Shown: in pieces, positions 63,990 through 64,000 of the stretch
How positions within the stretch are numbered: position 1 is the first letter of the stretch
Layout: every line of letters begins with the position of its first letter
Source of the DNA: a virus
Taxonomy: Duplodnaviria > Caudoviricetes
DNA length: 64,000 nucleotides
Reading direction: 5' to 3' (one strand)
Virus record (IMG/VR): IMGVR_UViG_3300005973_000002
The notes under the pieces: generated by a model
The model's database searches: none
Told to the model about the DNA's origin: nothing
Seen by the model: only the letters and a program-made list of their open reading frames with translations
Translations under genes and position numbers: made by a program

Positions 63990-64000
63990 ATTATCTTTAC

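Noticed and set aside
1-64000. CRISPR array
   Set aside because: No series of 25-45 bp repeats with unique spacers was seen; the two repeats found are adjacent tandem duplications without spacers
1-64000. Genome-wide TGA recoding (code 4/25)
   Set aside because: TGA ends many genes with ATGA start overlaps (e.g. 660, 3132, 11605, 12507, 58005); only two internal TGAs were found, and no TCA-anticodon tRNA is in the window
1-64000. Eukaryotic giant virus or cellular origin
   Set aside because: Tail-tube and tail-collar-like genes, sigma70-like promoters, SD-like sites, intrinsic terminators and overlapping operons point to a bacteriophage; no cellular housekeeping operons are present

Overview
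This looks like a segment of a large (jumbo/huge-type) tailed bacteriophage genome, inferred from dense co-oriented ORFs, Shine-Dalgarno-like sites, sigma70-like promoters, a T4 gp19-like tail-tube homolog and a virion gene block; host unknown. Most genes are on the - strand, with a + strand virion/baseplate-like block at 13145-28195. Replication/repair genes: a single-ORF SbcD(Mre11)-SbcC(Rad50) fusion carrying an Ala-start (class 3-type) LAGLIDADG intein, a Toprim primase, a short family-A DNA polymerase and a DEDD exonuclease. Translation and RNA-repair genes: tyrosyl-tRNA synthetase, 3 intact tRNAs (Arg-TCT, Arg-CCT, Gln-CTG), 3 decayed tRNA-like genes, two RNA ligases, a 2H phosphoesterase, phosphatases, two nucleotidyltransferases and a Thg1 remnant. 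Also present: macrodomain, Nudix, ClpP-like, M23 peptidase, deaminase and several homing endonucleases. Most notable: a minimal SerRS-like catalytic core next to a MazG-like gene and a DUF3445/HDOD gene; about 18 diverged SH3/KOW-like small proteins; a primase-N-terminus/GIY-YIG chimera; and several precise gene lesions (14-bp and 42-bp tandem duplications, two in-frame TGA codons, deletion scars). All family calls come from reading motifs by eye; no searches were run.
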